From a virus, in IMG/VR virus record IMGVR_UViG_2870579115_000001, positions 17,301 through 81,300 of that record: a stretch of DNA of 64,000 bases, one strand, 5' to 3'. The translations under genes and the position numbers were made by a program. Positions 53,284 through 61,157 of this stretch are shown here, piece by piece (position 1 is the first letter of the stretch; each line of letters begins with the position of its first letter). Below the pieces are notes generated by a model, which saw nothing but the letters and a program-made list of their open reading frames with translations, was not told where the DNA came from and did no database searches.

Positions 53284-54332
53284 CCGGACCTCACCGCGTC
53301 CAGGTCACGCCGCGCTTCTTCGGCGGCGACGAGGCAGACGGGGCACCGGTCTTGGTCGGCGAGCCGGTAGGTGCGTCCGCATTCGCAGGTCCGCAGCGGC
53401 GCGGCCGGGTCCTCCTTGGGCCACGGGACGGGCTCACGGCGCCCGTGCGGGGCTCCCTGGCCTCCACCGGCCAGCGGCAGCAGGAACGCGCCCTGCACGG
53501 GCGGGTCGGCCTTCTCGCGTGCCCTGCGGGCCTCGGCTGCGGCCTGGTCCTGTTCGCGGAGGCAGCCGCCGCACAGGTCGCGGTCGGGGCGGAGGATGTG
53601 CCCTTTGCCGCACGGGCAGCGCCGGAAGTCGTTCGGGTTCTGCGGGGATTCGTCTTCGCTGTCCGCGCTCGAGGACTCCTGTGGTTGAGGTACTACCTCA
53701 GCCGTCTCTTGGGGTAGTTCGTGGGTTCCCCCTGGGTTATTCGGGCCGCTGTGGCCCGAACCGGTCGGGCCACAGCGGCCCGAACCCATACGGGCCGCTG
53801 TGGCCCGAACCCCTTCCGGCTCGGTTCGGGCCGCTGTGGCCCGAACTTCCTCTTCCAAGTTCGGGCCGCTGTGGCCCGAACCCTCTTCGTTGGAGTTCGG
53901 GCCGCTGTGGCCCGAACTTCCCTCGTCGTTCTCCGACTTGCGAGGGCGGGCGGTCGCCTTGACGTGGTCGGCGGCGGCCTGCCAGCTCGGCCAGGGGCAG
54001 AGCACGAGCGCGTACAGGGTCGGCACGCCTCGGCGGCGCTTGCCGATTGTGGCGACCACCCCCGCGGCGATGGCGGCCTCCAGGTAGCGGCGGGCGTCCT
54101 TCTCCCGGCATCCGGCCGCCTTCGCGATGTCCTGGATGCGGATCGGTTTCCCGTCGCCGGAGAAGCGCAGCTCTCCGCTAGCGGACGACATGGCCCGCAT
54201 CGCGTACAGCAGCGTCAGGAATCCGCCCTTGAGGCTCGGCGGCATCTCCCGGGTCCAGTGCCAAGCGAGCCGGTTGCCGAACTCGTGCGGCGGGCAGCCC
54301 GACTTGCGCTCGGGTTCCTCCTGCTCTGTCAC
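53280..54332 (-). CDS. winged-helix replication initiator-like protein with embedded iterons
   Basis: HEFGNRLAWHWTREMPPSLKGGFLTLLYAMRAMSSASGELRFSGDGKPIRIQDIAKAAGCREKDARRYLEAAIAAGVVATIGKRRRGVPTLYALV...; C-terminal Cys-rich domain; located in the replication/recombination block. Confidence 0.55.
   Translation of the reverse strand: MTEQEEPERKSGCPPHEFGNRLAWHWTREMPPSLKGGFLTLLYAMRAMSSASGELRFSGDGKPIRIQDIAKAAGCREKDARRYLEAAIAAGVVATIGKRRRGVPTLYALVLCPWPSWQAAADHVKATARPRKSENDEGSSGHSGPNSNEEGSGHSGPNLEEEVRATAARTEPEGVRATAARMGSGRCGPTGSGHSGPNNPGGTHELPQETAEVVPQPQESSSADSEDESPQNPNDFRRCPCGKGHILRPDRDLCGGCLREQDQAAAEARRAREKADPPVQGAFLLPLAGGGQGAPHGRREPVPWPKEDPAAPLRTCECGRTYRLADQDRCPVCLVAAEEARRDLDAVRSG
53740..53917. repeat. 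six iteron-like copies of (G)TTCGGGCC-GCTGT-GGCCCGAA(C) inside the initiator-like gene
   Basis: Copies near 53740, 53765 (inverted), 53791, 53824, 53859, 53895; spacing about 25, 25, 35, 35, 36 bp. Confidence 0.85.
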
Positions 54333-54395
54333 GGCTTCTTCTCTCGGTCGTGCTGTAGGGGGTGGCGGTCTACGTGTGGTGCGGCGGGCCGGCCG

Positions 54396-54701
54396 TCACC
54401 GTCGGCCCGGGCGGCGCCTGTACGCCGACAGGTCCGCGACACCGGGCGGCAGCGGCTTCGGCCGGGCCTTGCGCCGCTGGCCGGTGCAGGTGGCGACGTG
54501 CGGCTTGTGCATCCGCTCCCAGCCCATGACGGGCCGATGGGAGGTCGGGCGGCGGGAGTGCCACGTGTCGTTCGCGTCGCGGTACACCGCGGTGTTGCCG
54601 TCGACGTGCGGGTCCGGGTCGACGGCCATGCGCTTCCCGTCGGCCGTTATGGTCCACAGCACCGGGGAGCCGCAGTCACGGCACGGACTGGTCTTTCGCA
54701 T
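54396..54701 (-). CDS. hypothetical zinc-ribbon protein
   Basis: MRKTSPCRDCGSPVLWTITADGKRMAVDPDPHVDGNTAVYRDANDTWHSRRPTSHRP...HVATCTGQ. Confidence 0.6.
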   Translation of the reverse strand: MRKTSPCRDCGSPVLWTITADGKRMAVDPDPHVDGNTAVYRDANDTWHSRRPTSHRPVMGWERMHKPHVATCTGQRRKARPKPLPPGVADLSAYRRRPGRR

Positions 54702-54773
54702 CGGGTCTCCTCTCCTGCGGGCCTGCCCGGACCCGGGGCCGTGTCGGCGTCCCCGGTTCCGGGCGGCGCCGGT

Positions 54774-55094
54774 TCAGTCGCACACGTCGATGTCGAATCC
54801 GCTGCCGTGGCGGCTCTTGCCGGTCGGCCGGGCGGTGCCCGGCGGCGTCGGCTTGGGCTGCTTGGGCTTGGCCGTCGGCTGCGCCGGGGCGCGCGTCTGG
54901 ACGGGCGGGGCAGGGTTCGGCCGCTTCGTCGCCGGTGCGGCGGCTGCGGCCGGTTCGGCGGCAACCCAGTCGCACACGCCGCTGCGTTCGCCCTCGCCGG
55001 AGCCGGCCAGGGCGATGAGCAGCGCGAAGAGGATCGCGAGGACCAGGACGACGACGGCGGCGGTCAGGGCGCCCGCGTGCTGACGCTGGTTCAT
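54774..55094 (-). CDS. membrane-anchored/secreted Pro-rich protein
   Basis: MNQRQHAGALTAAVVVLVLAILFALLIALAGSGEGERSG... Confidence 0.5.
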   Translation of the reverse strand: MNQRQHAGALTAAVVVLVLAILFALLIALAGSGEGERSGVCDWVAAEPAAAAAPATKRPNPAPPVQTRAPAQPTAKPKQPKPTPPGTARPTGKSRHGSGFDIDVCD

Positions 55095-55372
55095 GACGTG
55101 GCCCCCGTCCTGCGGTTGGCCTCGTCGCGGGAGCCGCGCTTGGAACGCAGCTTGACCTCCGCTTCGAGGAGCAGCGTGCGGGTCAGCCCGTACGACAGGT
55201 GGTGCTCGGCGACGAGTGCGCGGATCGAGGCGCCGCCGTCGTACGCGGACGCCAGCGTTCTGCGCACGTCTGCGCGTTCCTCTCCGCGCAGTCGCGGCCG
55301 GTACTTCGTGCCGTTCCGGGCTCCCCGCCGCGGGGGGCTTGTCTCCTGCACCGTCGGGTCAGTGCTGTCCAT
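55091..55372 (-). CDS. HTH protein of Streptomyces type
   Basis: TKYRPRLRGEERADVRRTLASAYDGGASIRALVAEHHLSYGLTRTLLLEAEVKLRSKRG. Confidence 0.65.
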   Translation of the reverse strand: MDSTDPTVQETSPPRRGARNGTKYRPRLRGEERADVRRTLASAYDGGASIRALVAEHHLSYGLTRTLLLEAEVKLRSKRGSRDEANRRTGATS

Positions 55373-55814
55373 CAGTGCCTTCCTTCTGTGTGGCGGCCCG
55401 GGCATCCAGCCCGGCCGCGAAGGTGACCAGTTCCCGGAGCGACGCGGCCCGGTCAGCCGGGCAGGCGTCGGCCGCAGCGGCGGCGAGAGCGGTCACGGAT
55501 TCCTGGTCTTTGTTGGCGTGCGCGGTCACCAGGCGGGAGGCGAACAGCCGGTGCGGGCATCCGTCGGCGCTGCCGAGGTCGGTGAGCGCCCACATCTCGC
55601 CCCGGGTCACGTCCGGCGGCGGGTACAGCACGTGCAGCGCCCGCACCGCGGTGTCGGCGAACACGCGGCAAGCGGCGACCAGGTCCAGGGCGTCGCCCTC
55701 CTCGGCGATCCGCTGGACGACGTCGGCCGCCCACCGGTGATCCCCGCCGCAGGCCGCATCCCGCGCTTCTCGCACCAGGTGCGTGAGCAGGCCGGGGCTC
55801 ACGACGTCCACCGC
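55359..55814 (-). CDS. hypothetical protein
   Basis: VVDVVSPGLLTHLVREARDAACGGDHRWAADVVQRIAEEGDALDLVAACRVFADTAVRALHVLYPPPDV... Confidence 0.5.
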   Translation of the reverse strand, partial: AVDVVSPGLLTHLVREARDAACGGDHRWAADVVQRIAEEGDALDLVAACRVFADTAVRALHVLYPPPDVTRGEMWALTDLGSADGCPHRLFASRLVTAHANKDQESVTALAAAAADACPADRAASLRELVTFAAGLDARAATQKEGTDGQH

Positions 55815-55821
55815 CCGCCGG

Positions 55822-56043
55822 TCACAGCGCGCCCTGTCCGTACGCCTCGGCCGCTTCCGCCTGCTGGCGGGCCAGCGCTTCCTCCGCGTGGACTTTGTGC
55901 GCCGGAGATCCACGGGAGTCCCGCAGATGCGTCGGCTTCCCGCAGTACCGGCACGGCCGCGCCTGCTCCGACCAGTGGCCGCCACCCGTCCAGTTCAGCA
56001 AGCCGCTCGCCGGCGGCCCGGGTCTACGCGACCGCTTTGCCAC
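55822..56043 (-). CDS. small hypothetical zinc-binding-like protein
   Basis: MAKRSRRPGPPASGLLNWTGGGHWSEQARPCRYCGKPTHLRDSRGSPAHKVHAEEAL. Confidence 0.6.
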   Translation of the reverse strand: MAKRSRRPGPPASGLLNWTGGGHWSEQARPCRYCGKPTHLRDSRGSPAHKVHAEEALARQQAEAAEAYGQGAL

Positions 56044-56362
56044 GGGCCTGCTCCCGTTCTCGTCGGCGGCGCCTCTCGGCCTCCAGCCGGGCCTTGCGGA
56101 CCATCTCCGCCCGCTCGTCCTCGTCGAGCCCGCCCCATACGCCGTACGCCTCGCCGTTGGTCAGCGCGTGCGTGAGGCAGGAGGCGGTGACCGGGCATCC
56201 GGCGCAGAAGGTCTTGGCGTAGGCCGCTTCGATCTTCGTCGCGACACCGGCGGTGCCCGTCGGGAAGAACACCGCCGTGGCGACGCCCCGGCACGCCGCG
56301 TCGTCCGCCCAGTGGTGGGGCCGCGGGAGGTTGTCGGGGGCGGGGCGGTTCCGTCGTGCCAT
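56024..56362 (-). CDS. WhiB family transcriptional regulator
   Basis: WADDAACRGVATAVFFPTG...AYAKTFCAGCPVTASCLTHALTNGEAYGVWGGLDEDER; four Cys and GVWGG turn. Confidence 0.95.
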   Translation of the reverse strand: MARRNRPAPDNLPRPHHWADDAACRGVATAVFFPTGTAGVATKIEAAYAKTFCAGCPVTASCLTHALTNGEAYGVWGGLDEDERAEMVRKARLEAERRRRREREQARGKAVA

Positions 56363-56365
56363 GGG

Positions 56366-56668
56366 TCAGCTCCTTGCGTCTTCGTCGTGCTGTCCGGACG
56401 TGTCCGGACGGGGTCCTGCGGACACGTCCGGACACGTGTCCGTGCAGGTCAGCCCCCCTGTCGAATCCCCCCGTGCAGGCGTGTCCGGGACAGTGTCCGG
56501 ACGGCGTCCGGGTCGTGTCCGGACACGCCTGTGCCTCGGTGGCGGAGACCGCCGCACCCCGCGCGCTATCGACAGCACCGTGAGCAGCAGCGGCACCCAG
56601 ACGGGAGCGGCGGTCAGTACCGCGTCGACGGCCGCGCCGTACGCCAGGAGCAGGTCGAGCCAGATCAC
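56366..56668 (-). CDS. small membrane protein
   Basis: VIWLDLLLAYGAAVDAVLTAAPVWVPLLLTVLSIARGVRR... Confidence 0.4.
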   Translation of the reverse strand: MIWLDLLLAYGAAVDAVLTAAPVWVPLLLTVLSIARGVRRSPPPRHRRVRTRPGRRPDTVPDTPARGDSTGGLTCTDTCPDVSAGPRPDTSGQHDEDARS

Positions 56669-56889
56669 GACGGGCTCCCGTCGGCGTCGAGCCAGCGGCC
56701 CACCGTGCGCTCGGAGATGCCGAGCCGTTTGCCGGTGGCCACCGCGCCCCATCCGGCGTCCCTCATCACGTGGACCGCGCGGCGCTGCTCGTCCTCGGTG
56801 AGTTCCGGGCACGGCCCAAGTCCCGACGCGGCACGGTCGACGGCGACCAGGTCGATGCCCTTGTCCCATGTCGCGCCGGGGAACATCAC
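56665..56889 (-). CDS. small HTH protein
   Basis: ELTEDEQRRAVHVMRDAGWGAVATGKRLGISERTVGRWLDADG. Confidence 0.6.
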   Translation of the reverse strand: MMFPGATWDKGIDLVAVDRAASGLGPCPELTEDEQRRAVHVMRDAGWGAVATGKRLGISERTVGRWLDADGSPS

Positions 56890-57233
56890 GCCCCACCTCC
56901 TCGGATGCGCCGGTCGGCGAGGTGCGCACCGGCCACACAGCACGGGTAGTCGCACGTGGGCCGCACGTTGCCCTCGGGCTTCCGCTGGTGGTGCCAGCGG
57001 AACGCGAGGCGGTACGCGGTCTCGATCTGCCCGCGGTGGCCGAGGAGCGGTGTGCCGCGCTCCCCGGTCGATCCGGTCCAGTGCAGGTGACCGCCCTCCA
57101 TCTCGACGGTCCGTGCGTCGAACGCCTCCCGCCACGACGCGGCCGGTCCCGGGCGCTCCTTGGGCCGGGGCGCAGTCTCGGGCGGGCCGCCGTCGGCGGA
57201 GTCGAGCGCGTCCGCGATCTCGTCGCTGGTCAC
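56886..57233 (-). CDS. HNH endonuclease-like protein
   Basis: HLHWTGSTGERGTPLLGHRGQIETAYRLAFRWHHQRKPEGNVRPTCDYPCCVAGAHLADRR. Confidence 0.55.
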   Translation of the reverse strand: MTSDEIADALDSADGGPPETAPRPKERPGPAASWREAFDARTVEMEGGHLHWTGSTGERGTPLLGHRGQIETAYRLAFRWHHQRKPEGNVRPTCDYPCCVAGAHLADRRIRGGGA

Positions 57234-57748
57234 TCGGGCTCACCACCCGGCGGGGCAGCGCAGCGGTACAGGCGGATCACGACGCCCTGCACGTCCAGCA
57301 CATCCGGCACCTGGCCGTGGTCGGTGATGTACCGCTTCTCCAACCGGCGGTAGCCGACGATCAGCGAGTCATCCCGGTAGCCGCCCGCGGTGGTGATCGC
57401 GTCCTCCGTCGACCTGGCGAGCTTGCTCAGGTCGGGGATCGTGGCCGGCCGCGCCGGGGCCGACGGCTTGAGCTGGCCCTTGTTCCGGCCGGTGCCGTAG
57501 TGCGACTTGGGCCGCGTGAAGGCGAACACCATCGACGCTTCCAGCGCCTCGTCGAGCGGACGCCAGCCGCGGTGTCGGGCGATCTCCTGCCGGGCCGCCC
57601 ACACCACGGCATCGCGCCACGGCGTCACGTGCTTGGAGGACTCCAGCATCCGGCCGTTGCCGACGTTCCTCTTGCTGCCCTGCGGCGCGGGGAGCCCGTA
57701 CACCGTCACGGTCAGCACCGCGTCCGTGTCCGCCGTGGCCGCGTTCAC
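57230..57748 (-). CDS. RusA-like Holliday junction resolvase
   Basis: LTVTVYGLPAPQGSKRNVG...ARPATIPDLSKLARSTEDAITTAGGYRDDSLIVGYRRLEKRYIT (KPDxDKLxRxxxDAL...DDxQV pattern). Confidence 0.78.
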   Translation of the reverse strand: MNAATADTDAVLTVTVYGLPAPQGSKRNVGNGRMLESSKHVTPWRDAVVWAARQEIARHRGWRPLDEALEASMVFAFTRPKSHYGTGRNKGQLKPSAPARPATIPDLSKLARSTEDAITTAGGYRDDSLIVGYRRLEKRYITDHGQVPDVLDVQGVVIRLYRCAAPPGGEPE

Positions 57749-57966
57749 TTGGCACCCCGCTGCACCAGGGAGAGCAGCGCGGCCAGCGGCAGCGCCACGG
57801 GCCAGCACACGGCCGCGATGGCCGTGATGAGGCACGCGGCCTCGGTGTGCACCGTGAACGCGGCGTTCATCCACGGGTCGTCCTTGGACAGGTGCCACAG
57901 CCCGGCGGCGACCGCGGGGATACCGGCCATCCAGACGCAGGAGATGACGACAGCGAGCACGGTCAT
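57745..57966 (-). CDS. small membrane protein
   Basis: MTVLAVVISCVWMAGIPAVAAGLWHLSKDDPWMNAAFTVHTEAACLITAIAAVCWPVALPLAALLS. Confidence 0.5.
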   Translation of the reverse strand: MTVLAVVISCVWMAGIPAVAAGLWHLSKDDPWMNAAFTVHTEAACLITAIAAVCWPVALPLAALLSLVQRGAK

Positions 57967-58649
57967 GCGCCCTCACCCACCGACATCCACCCAGCGGGCA
58001 GCTCCTCGGACTTGCGGAACCCGGTCAGCACCAGCCGGTCGGTGTCGTCGGCGTGGCAGTTCGCTTCGGCCGTCAGCCACCGGCCCGGGAGAGAGTCCAC
58101 GTCCAGGCCGCTGTCGCTGAGCACCTGGTCCAGCAGCACCGTCACCGGCTGGTCCGCCTGCCACGCGGCGACCTCCACCCGGGCCGTGCGCGACGCCGCG
58201 TCGACGTCGACGACGTGCACCGGGGTGTCCGCGCGGACGTCGTCCCGCCCGGCCAGGTATGTGCGGCCGAGCTCGGTGACCACCGGGCGCAGACCGTCCA
58301 GGTCGGCGAGGCCACGCACCGTCAACTGAGGGAAGAGGACACCGTCGTCGTCGACGGTCCGCCCGTCGGCCAGGGCTCGCAGCAGCAACTCCGCCTCCTG
58401 GCCGAGCGGCAGTTCCCTCGCCATGCGCGTCACCCGAACCTGCGAGGCCCGCCAGGACGCCGTCTTGGGCGTCTTCGCTGCCGAGCAGGGGCAGCCGGAC
58501 ACCGTCGCGTGGTGCTCGGCCGGGGTGTGCCCGGCGCACTCCAGCACGCTGTTCCGGCCGCGCTCGCACAGCGCTTCGGTGCAGCACAGGCAGTCGGGGC
58601 AGTCCTTGCCCTGCGGCTTCACGTACTCCGGTCCGAACGGCTCATCCAT
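57963..58649 (-). CDS. hypothetical protein
   Basis: MDEPFGPEYVKPQGKDCPDCLCCTEALCERGRNSVLECAGHTPAEHHATV... Confidence 0.55.
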   Translation of the reverse strand: MDEPFGPEYVKPQGKDCPDCLCCTEALCERGRNSVLECAGHTPAEHHATVSGCPCSAAKTPKTASWRASQVRVTRMARELPLGQEAELLLRALADGRTVDDDGVLFPQLTVRGLADLDGLRPVVTELGRTYLAGRDDVRADTPVHVVDVDAASRTARVEVAAWQADQPVTVLLDQVLSDSGLDVDSLPGRWLTAEANCHADDTDRLVLTGFRKSEELPAGWMSVGEGA

Positions 58650-58824
58650 CGTCGGTCCCTCTCGTCGTCGTTGTGGTCTTGCAGGACAGGCAGTGCCGGA
58701 CTCCGGCATCGAGCCGGTGCGGCGTCTCGGTCTCCTCGGCGGGGCACCACGCCCACGGGGCGCCCCGGTGGAAGGCGCCGGGCTTGTCGGCTCTGCGGCG
58801 GCGCCAGGACCGGGCGCCGGTCAC
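58642..58824 (-). CDS. small hypothetical protein
   Basis: VTGARSWRRRRADKPGAFHRGAPWAWCPAEETETPHRLDAGVRHCLSCKTTTTTRGTDDG. Confidence 0.35.
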   Translation of the reverse strand: MTGARSWRRRRADKPGAFHRGAPWAWCPAEETETPHRLDAGVRHCLSCKTTTTTRGTDDG

Positions 58825-58894
58825 CGCGCGCACCCCCGGCGGGGCCGGCCGCCGTCGCACTCGGCGACGGCGGCCAAGCACCCGTGCAGGCAGG

Positions 58895-59878
58895 TCACCG
58901 GCGACGTCCCCGGGCGGTGCGCTGCCTGCGGGTCGTCCGGCGGGGCTGCGTACGGCCGCCGCTGTTCTTCCGGGGCAGCGGCACCGGCACGCGCGGCTCC
59001 TGCGAGCCCTCGGCTGCCTTGTGCGCGGCCTTGGCGTCGGCGAGGAGCTGCGCGTCCTCGTCCGGCGCGTGGAAGAGCTGGACCCGCCCGGCGTCGCCAG
59101 CGTCGTCGGCCTGGGCGAGCTGCACGAGCTCCGCGCTCATGGGCACGACCTTGTGCAGCCGCCGCAGCGCGCTCTTGCTCCACATGGCGTCGAAGTCGGT
59201 GTGCCAGAACGAATCCGTCCGGCCCTCGTCGCGCGCCCGCCGGTACGCGACGCTGTACTCGTCGCGGATCTCCTCCGCGTCCTCCCTCGTCAGCAGGACG
59301 ACTTGGGATCGGGAGCCACCGGCCAGCCAGCAGAACGCGTAGGCGAGGATCGGCTTGCCCCGGTGCGCGCGGCTCACGTCGAGGGCGGGCTTGTGCGTGA
59401 AGTCCAAGGGGCTCGGGGCGGTCGGCTCGTAGTTCCACTCGTCCCCGGCGTGGATCATCCCGACGTGCACCGACCTGACTTGGCCGGAGCGGTACATCAG
59501 GTCGACGTAGCCCTGGTACATCGGCACGAACACGGCCAACTTGCCCTCACGCTTGATGACCGCGTGCCTGCCGTCCGGGACGAGCCCGAACTTGGCGCAG
59601 GCCAGGAGGGCTTGCAGCAGGCTCGCCGGGGTGCAGCGGGCCAGGTCGGGCAGGGCGTCCCGTACGGCCGCGAGGAACGCGCTGCTGTCCACGTGGGACG
59701 GCAGGGCCTTCGTGAACTGGGCGTCGTACCGCTCCAGCCAGGTCATGACGGTGTCGGTGGCCTCACCGCCCTCGGCCTGCTCGGCGGCGTGGAGTTGGTC
59801 CGCTGACGCGTCCTCCACGACCTCGGGCTTGTCGCTGGTGGCCGCGCGGACGCGGTCCTTGAGTGTGTTCGTGGCCAT
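58895..59878 (-). CDS. recT: RecT family single-strand annealing protein
   Basis: SLLQALLACAKFGLVPDGRHAVIKREGKLAVFVPMYQGYVDLMYRSGQVRSVHVGMIHAGDEW...; adjacent to YqaJ-like exonuclease. Confidence 0.93.
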   Translation of the reverse strand: MATNTLKDRVRAATSDKPEVVEDASADQLHAAEQAEGGEATDTVMTWLERYDAQFTKALPSHVDSSAFLAAVRDALPDLARCTPASLLQALLACAKFGLVPDGRHAVIKREGKLAVFVPMYQGYVDLMYRSGQVRSVHVGMIHAGDEWNYEPTAPSPLDFTHKPALDVSRAHRGKPILAYAFCWLAGGSRSQVVLLTREDAEEIRDEYSVAYRRARDEGRTDSFWHTDFDAMWSKSALRRLHKVVPMSAELVQLAQADDAGDAGRVQLFHAPDEDAQLLADAKAAHKAAEGSQEPRVPVPLPRKNSGGRTQPRRTTRRQRTARGRRR

Positions 59879-59882
59879 GGGG

Positions 59883-60929
59883 TCACACCCCCTTCTCGGG
59901 CACGCGCAGGACGCGGGCGCGGTAGGTGTCGTAGATCGCGGGGTGGTCCGCCTTGAGGCGGTCGGTGTCGATCGCGGGGACCATGTGCGTGTACTGCGCG
60001 GCCAGTTCGGGCTGGGCCTCGCGGAAGCGCTTCGGCGCGAAGTTGCCGTTCTGCTTCCAGGTCCAGGCCGGCCGTCCGTCGGCCTGGGCGATCTCGTTCT
60101 CGCCGGTCAGGAGGCGCATCTCGTTCTCGACGGTGCGCAGCTCTTCGTCGAGGGCCGTCTCCCGGGCCTTCAAGTCGGCGCGGCGGGCGCGCAGTTCCTT
60201 CGCCTTCGCCATGTCGACTTCGGCGATGGCCTCCGGCTTGACCGACCACAACTTGCCCAGCAGGTCGGTCGTGGCCTCCAGCCCGTCAGCCTCGGGCGGC
60301 AGGCCCTCGACGACGTGCCGCTCGAACCACCGGCCGCAGTAGTCGACGAGCCATTCGCACATCTCCTCGTCGCGCTCCAGCCGGACCCAGCGGAGCTTGT
60401 TGCCGCCGACGAGCGCGGCCACGTAGCCGTGATCCCACCCGCCCACGGCCATGCCCCAATGGCACTGGATCGCGGGAGCGTCGGGGACCGCGCCGTCCTC
60501 CCACTGGTCGGCCTGGTACTCCGAGCGGTTCTTGCACTCCAGCAGCCCGGACACCGGTCCCCCGGGCTGGTCGGTGGTGTAGCGGTCGACGTTGACGCGC
60601 ATCCACGGCCGGTCGACGTGCACGAGCGTGCCGGGCGGCGTGACCGTCTCCACGCCCGACCGCTTCGTGAACATGCGGGCGATGAAGCCCTCGATCTCCG
60701 TGCCGATCTCGGCGTACTCGTTGCCCTTGAAGGTGGGACGGCCGTGCTTCTCCTCGTACACGTGGCGCGGCCCGGTGTACTTCCCGCCCAGGCCGAGAAT
60801 GCCGGCGACGTCGCTGCCGCCGATTCCGGCGCGGCGTACGGCTTCCCACTCCTCGCGGGACGCGTCGGCGGGCAGCAGCAGACGCGCGGTCGGCGCCCCC
60901 GACTCGGTGCTGATCGTGGTCGACGTCAC
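59883..60929 (-). CDS. YqaJ-like viral recombinase/exonuclease
   Basis: RRAGIGGSDVAGILGLGGKYTGPRHVYEEKHGR...EIGTEIEGFIARMF...LLECKNRSEYQADQWEDG.AVPDAPAIQCHWGMAVGG. Confidence 0.92.
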   Translation of the reverse strand: MTSTTISTESGAPTARLLLPADASREEWEAVRRAGIGGSDVAGILGLGGKYTGPRHVYEEKHGRPTFKGNEYAEIGTEIEGFIARMFTKRSGVETVTPPGTLVHVDRPWMRVNVDRYTTDQPGGPVSGLLECKNRSEYQADQWEDGAVPDAPAIQCHWGMAVGGWDHGYVAALVGGNKLRWVRLERDEEMCEWLVDYCGRWFERHVVEGLPPEADGLEATTDLLGKLWSVKPEAIAEVDMAKAKELRARRADLKARETALDEELRTVENEMRLLTGENEIAQADGRPAWTWKQNGNFAPKRFREAQPELAAQYTHMVPAIDTDRLKADHPAIYDTYRARVLRVPEKGV

Positions 60930-61126
60930 GGGGCGTCCTTCCGGAAGGTGTTGAGGCGGCGGAGACCGGCAAGGGCTTCGATCTCGGCGGCGAGAGCCAC
61001 CGGATCGGCGGCGGTCCACGCCGCGGTGGCAAGGTCGGCGCCCTGGTCGAGCGCGGTCACGCTGCGGCCCAAGAGGCGCTGGAAGCGCTCCGGTTCATCG
61101 CTGAGCTCGACACGGACTCGTGCCAC
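60926..61126 (-). CDS. small hypothetical protein
   Basis: VARVRVELSDEPERFQRLLGRSVTALDQGADLATAAWTAADPVALAAEIEALAGLRRLNTFRKDAP; 4-nt overlap with exonuclease. Confidence 0.5.
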   Translation of the reverse strand: MARVRVELSDEPERFQRLLGRSVTALDQGADLATAAWTAADPVALAAEIEALAGLRRLNTFRKDAP

Positions 61127-61157
61127 GTCGGGGACTGAGCGCAGATCGCGCGGCAGG

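Noticed and set aside
53740-53917. Possible CRISPR array
   Set aside because: Units are ~21-23-bp inverted repeats, one inverted relative to the rest, with spacings of only 2-13 nt between units and no cas genes nearby.
53721-56222. 833-aa plus-strand ORF over the iteron region
   Set aside because: Antisense to the initiator-like gene and six other small genes; repetitive FGPLW peptide is a by-product of the DNA iterons.
55895-58120. 741-aa plus-strand ORF
   Set aside because: Overlaps WhiB, HTH, HNH and RusA-like genes on the opposite strand, which are clearly real.
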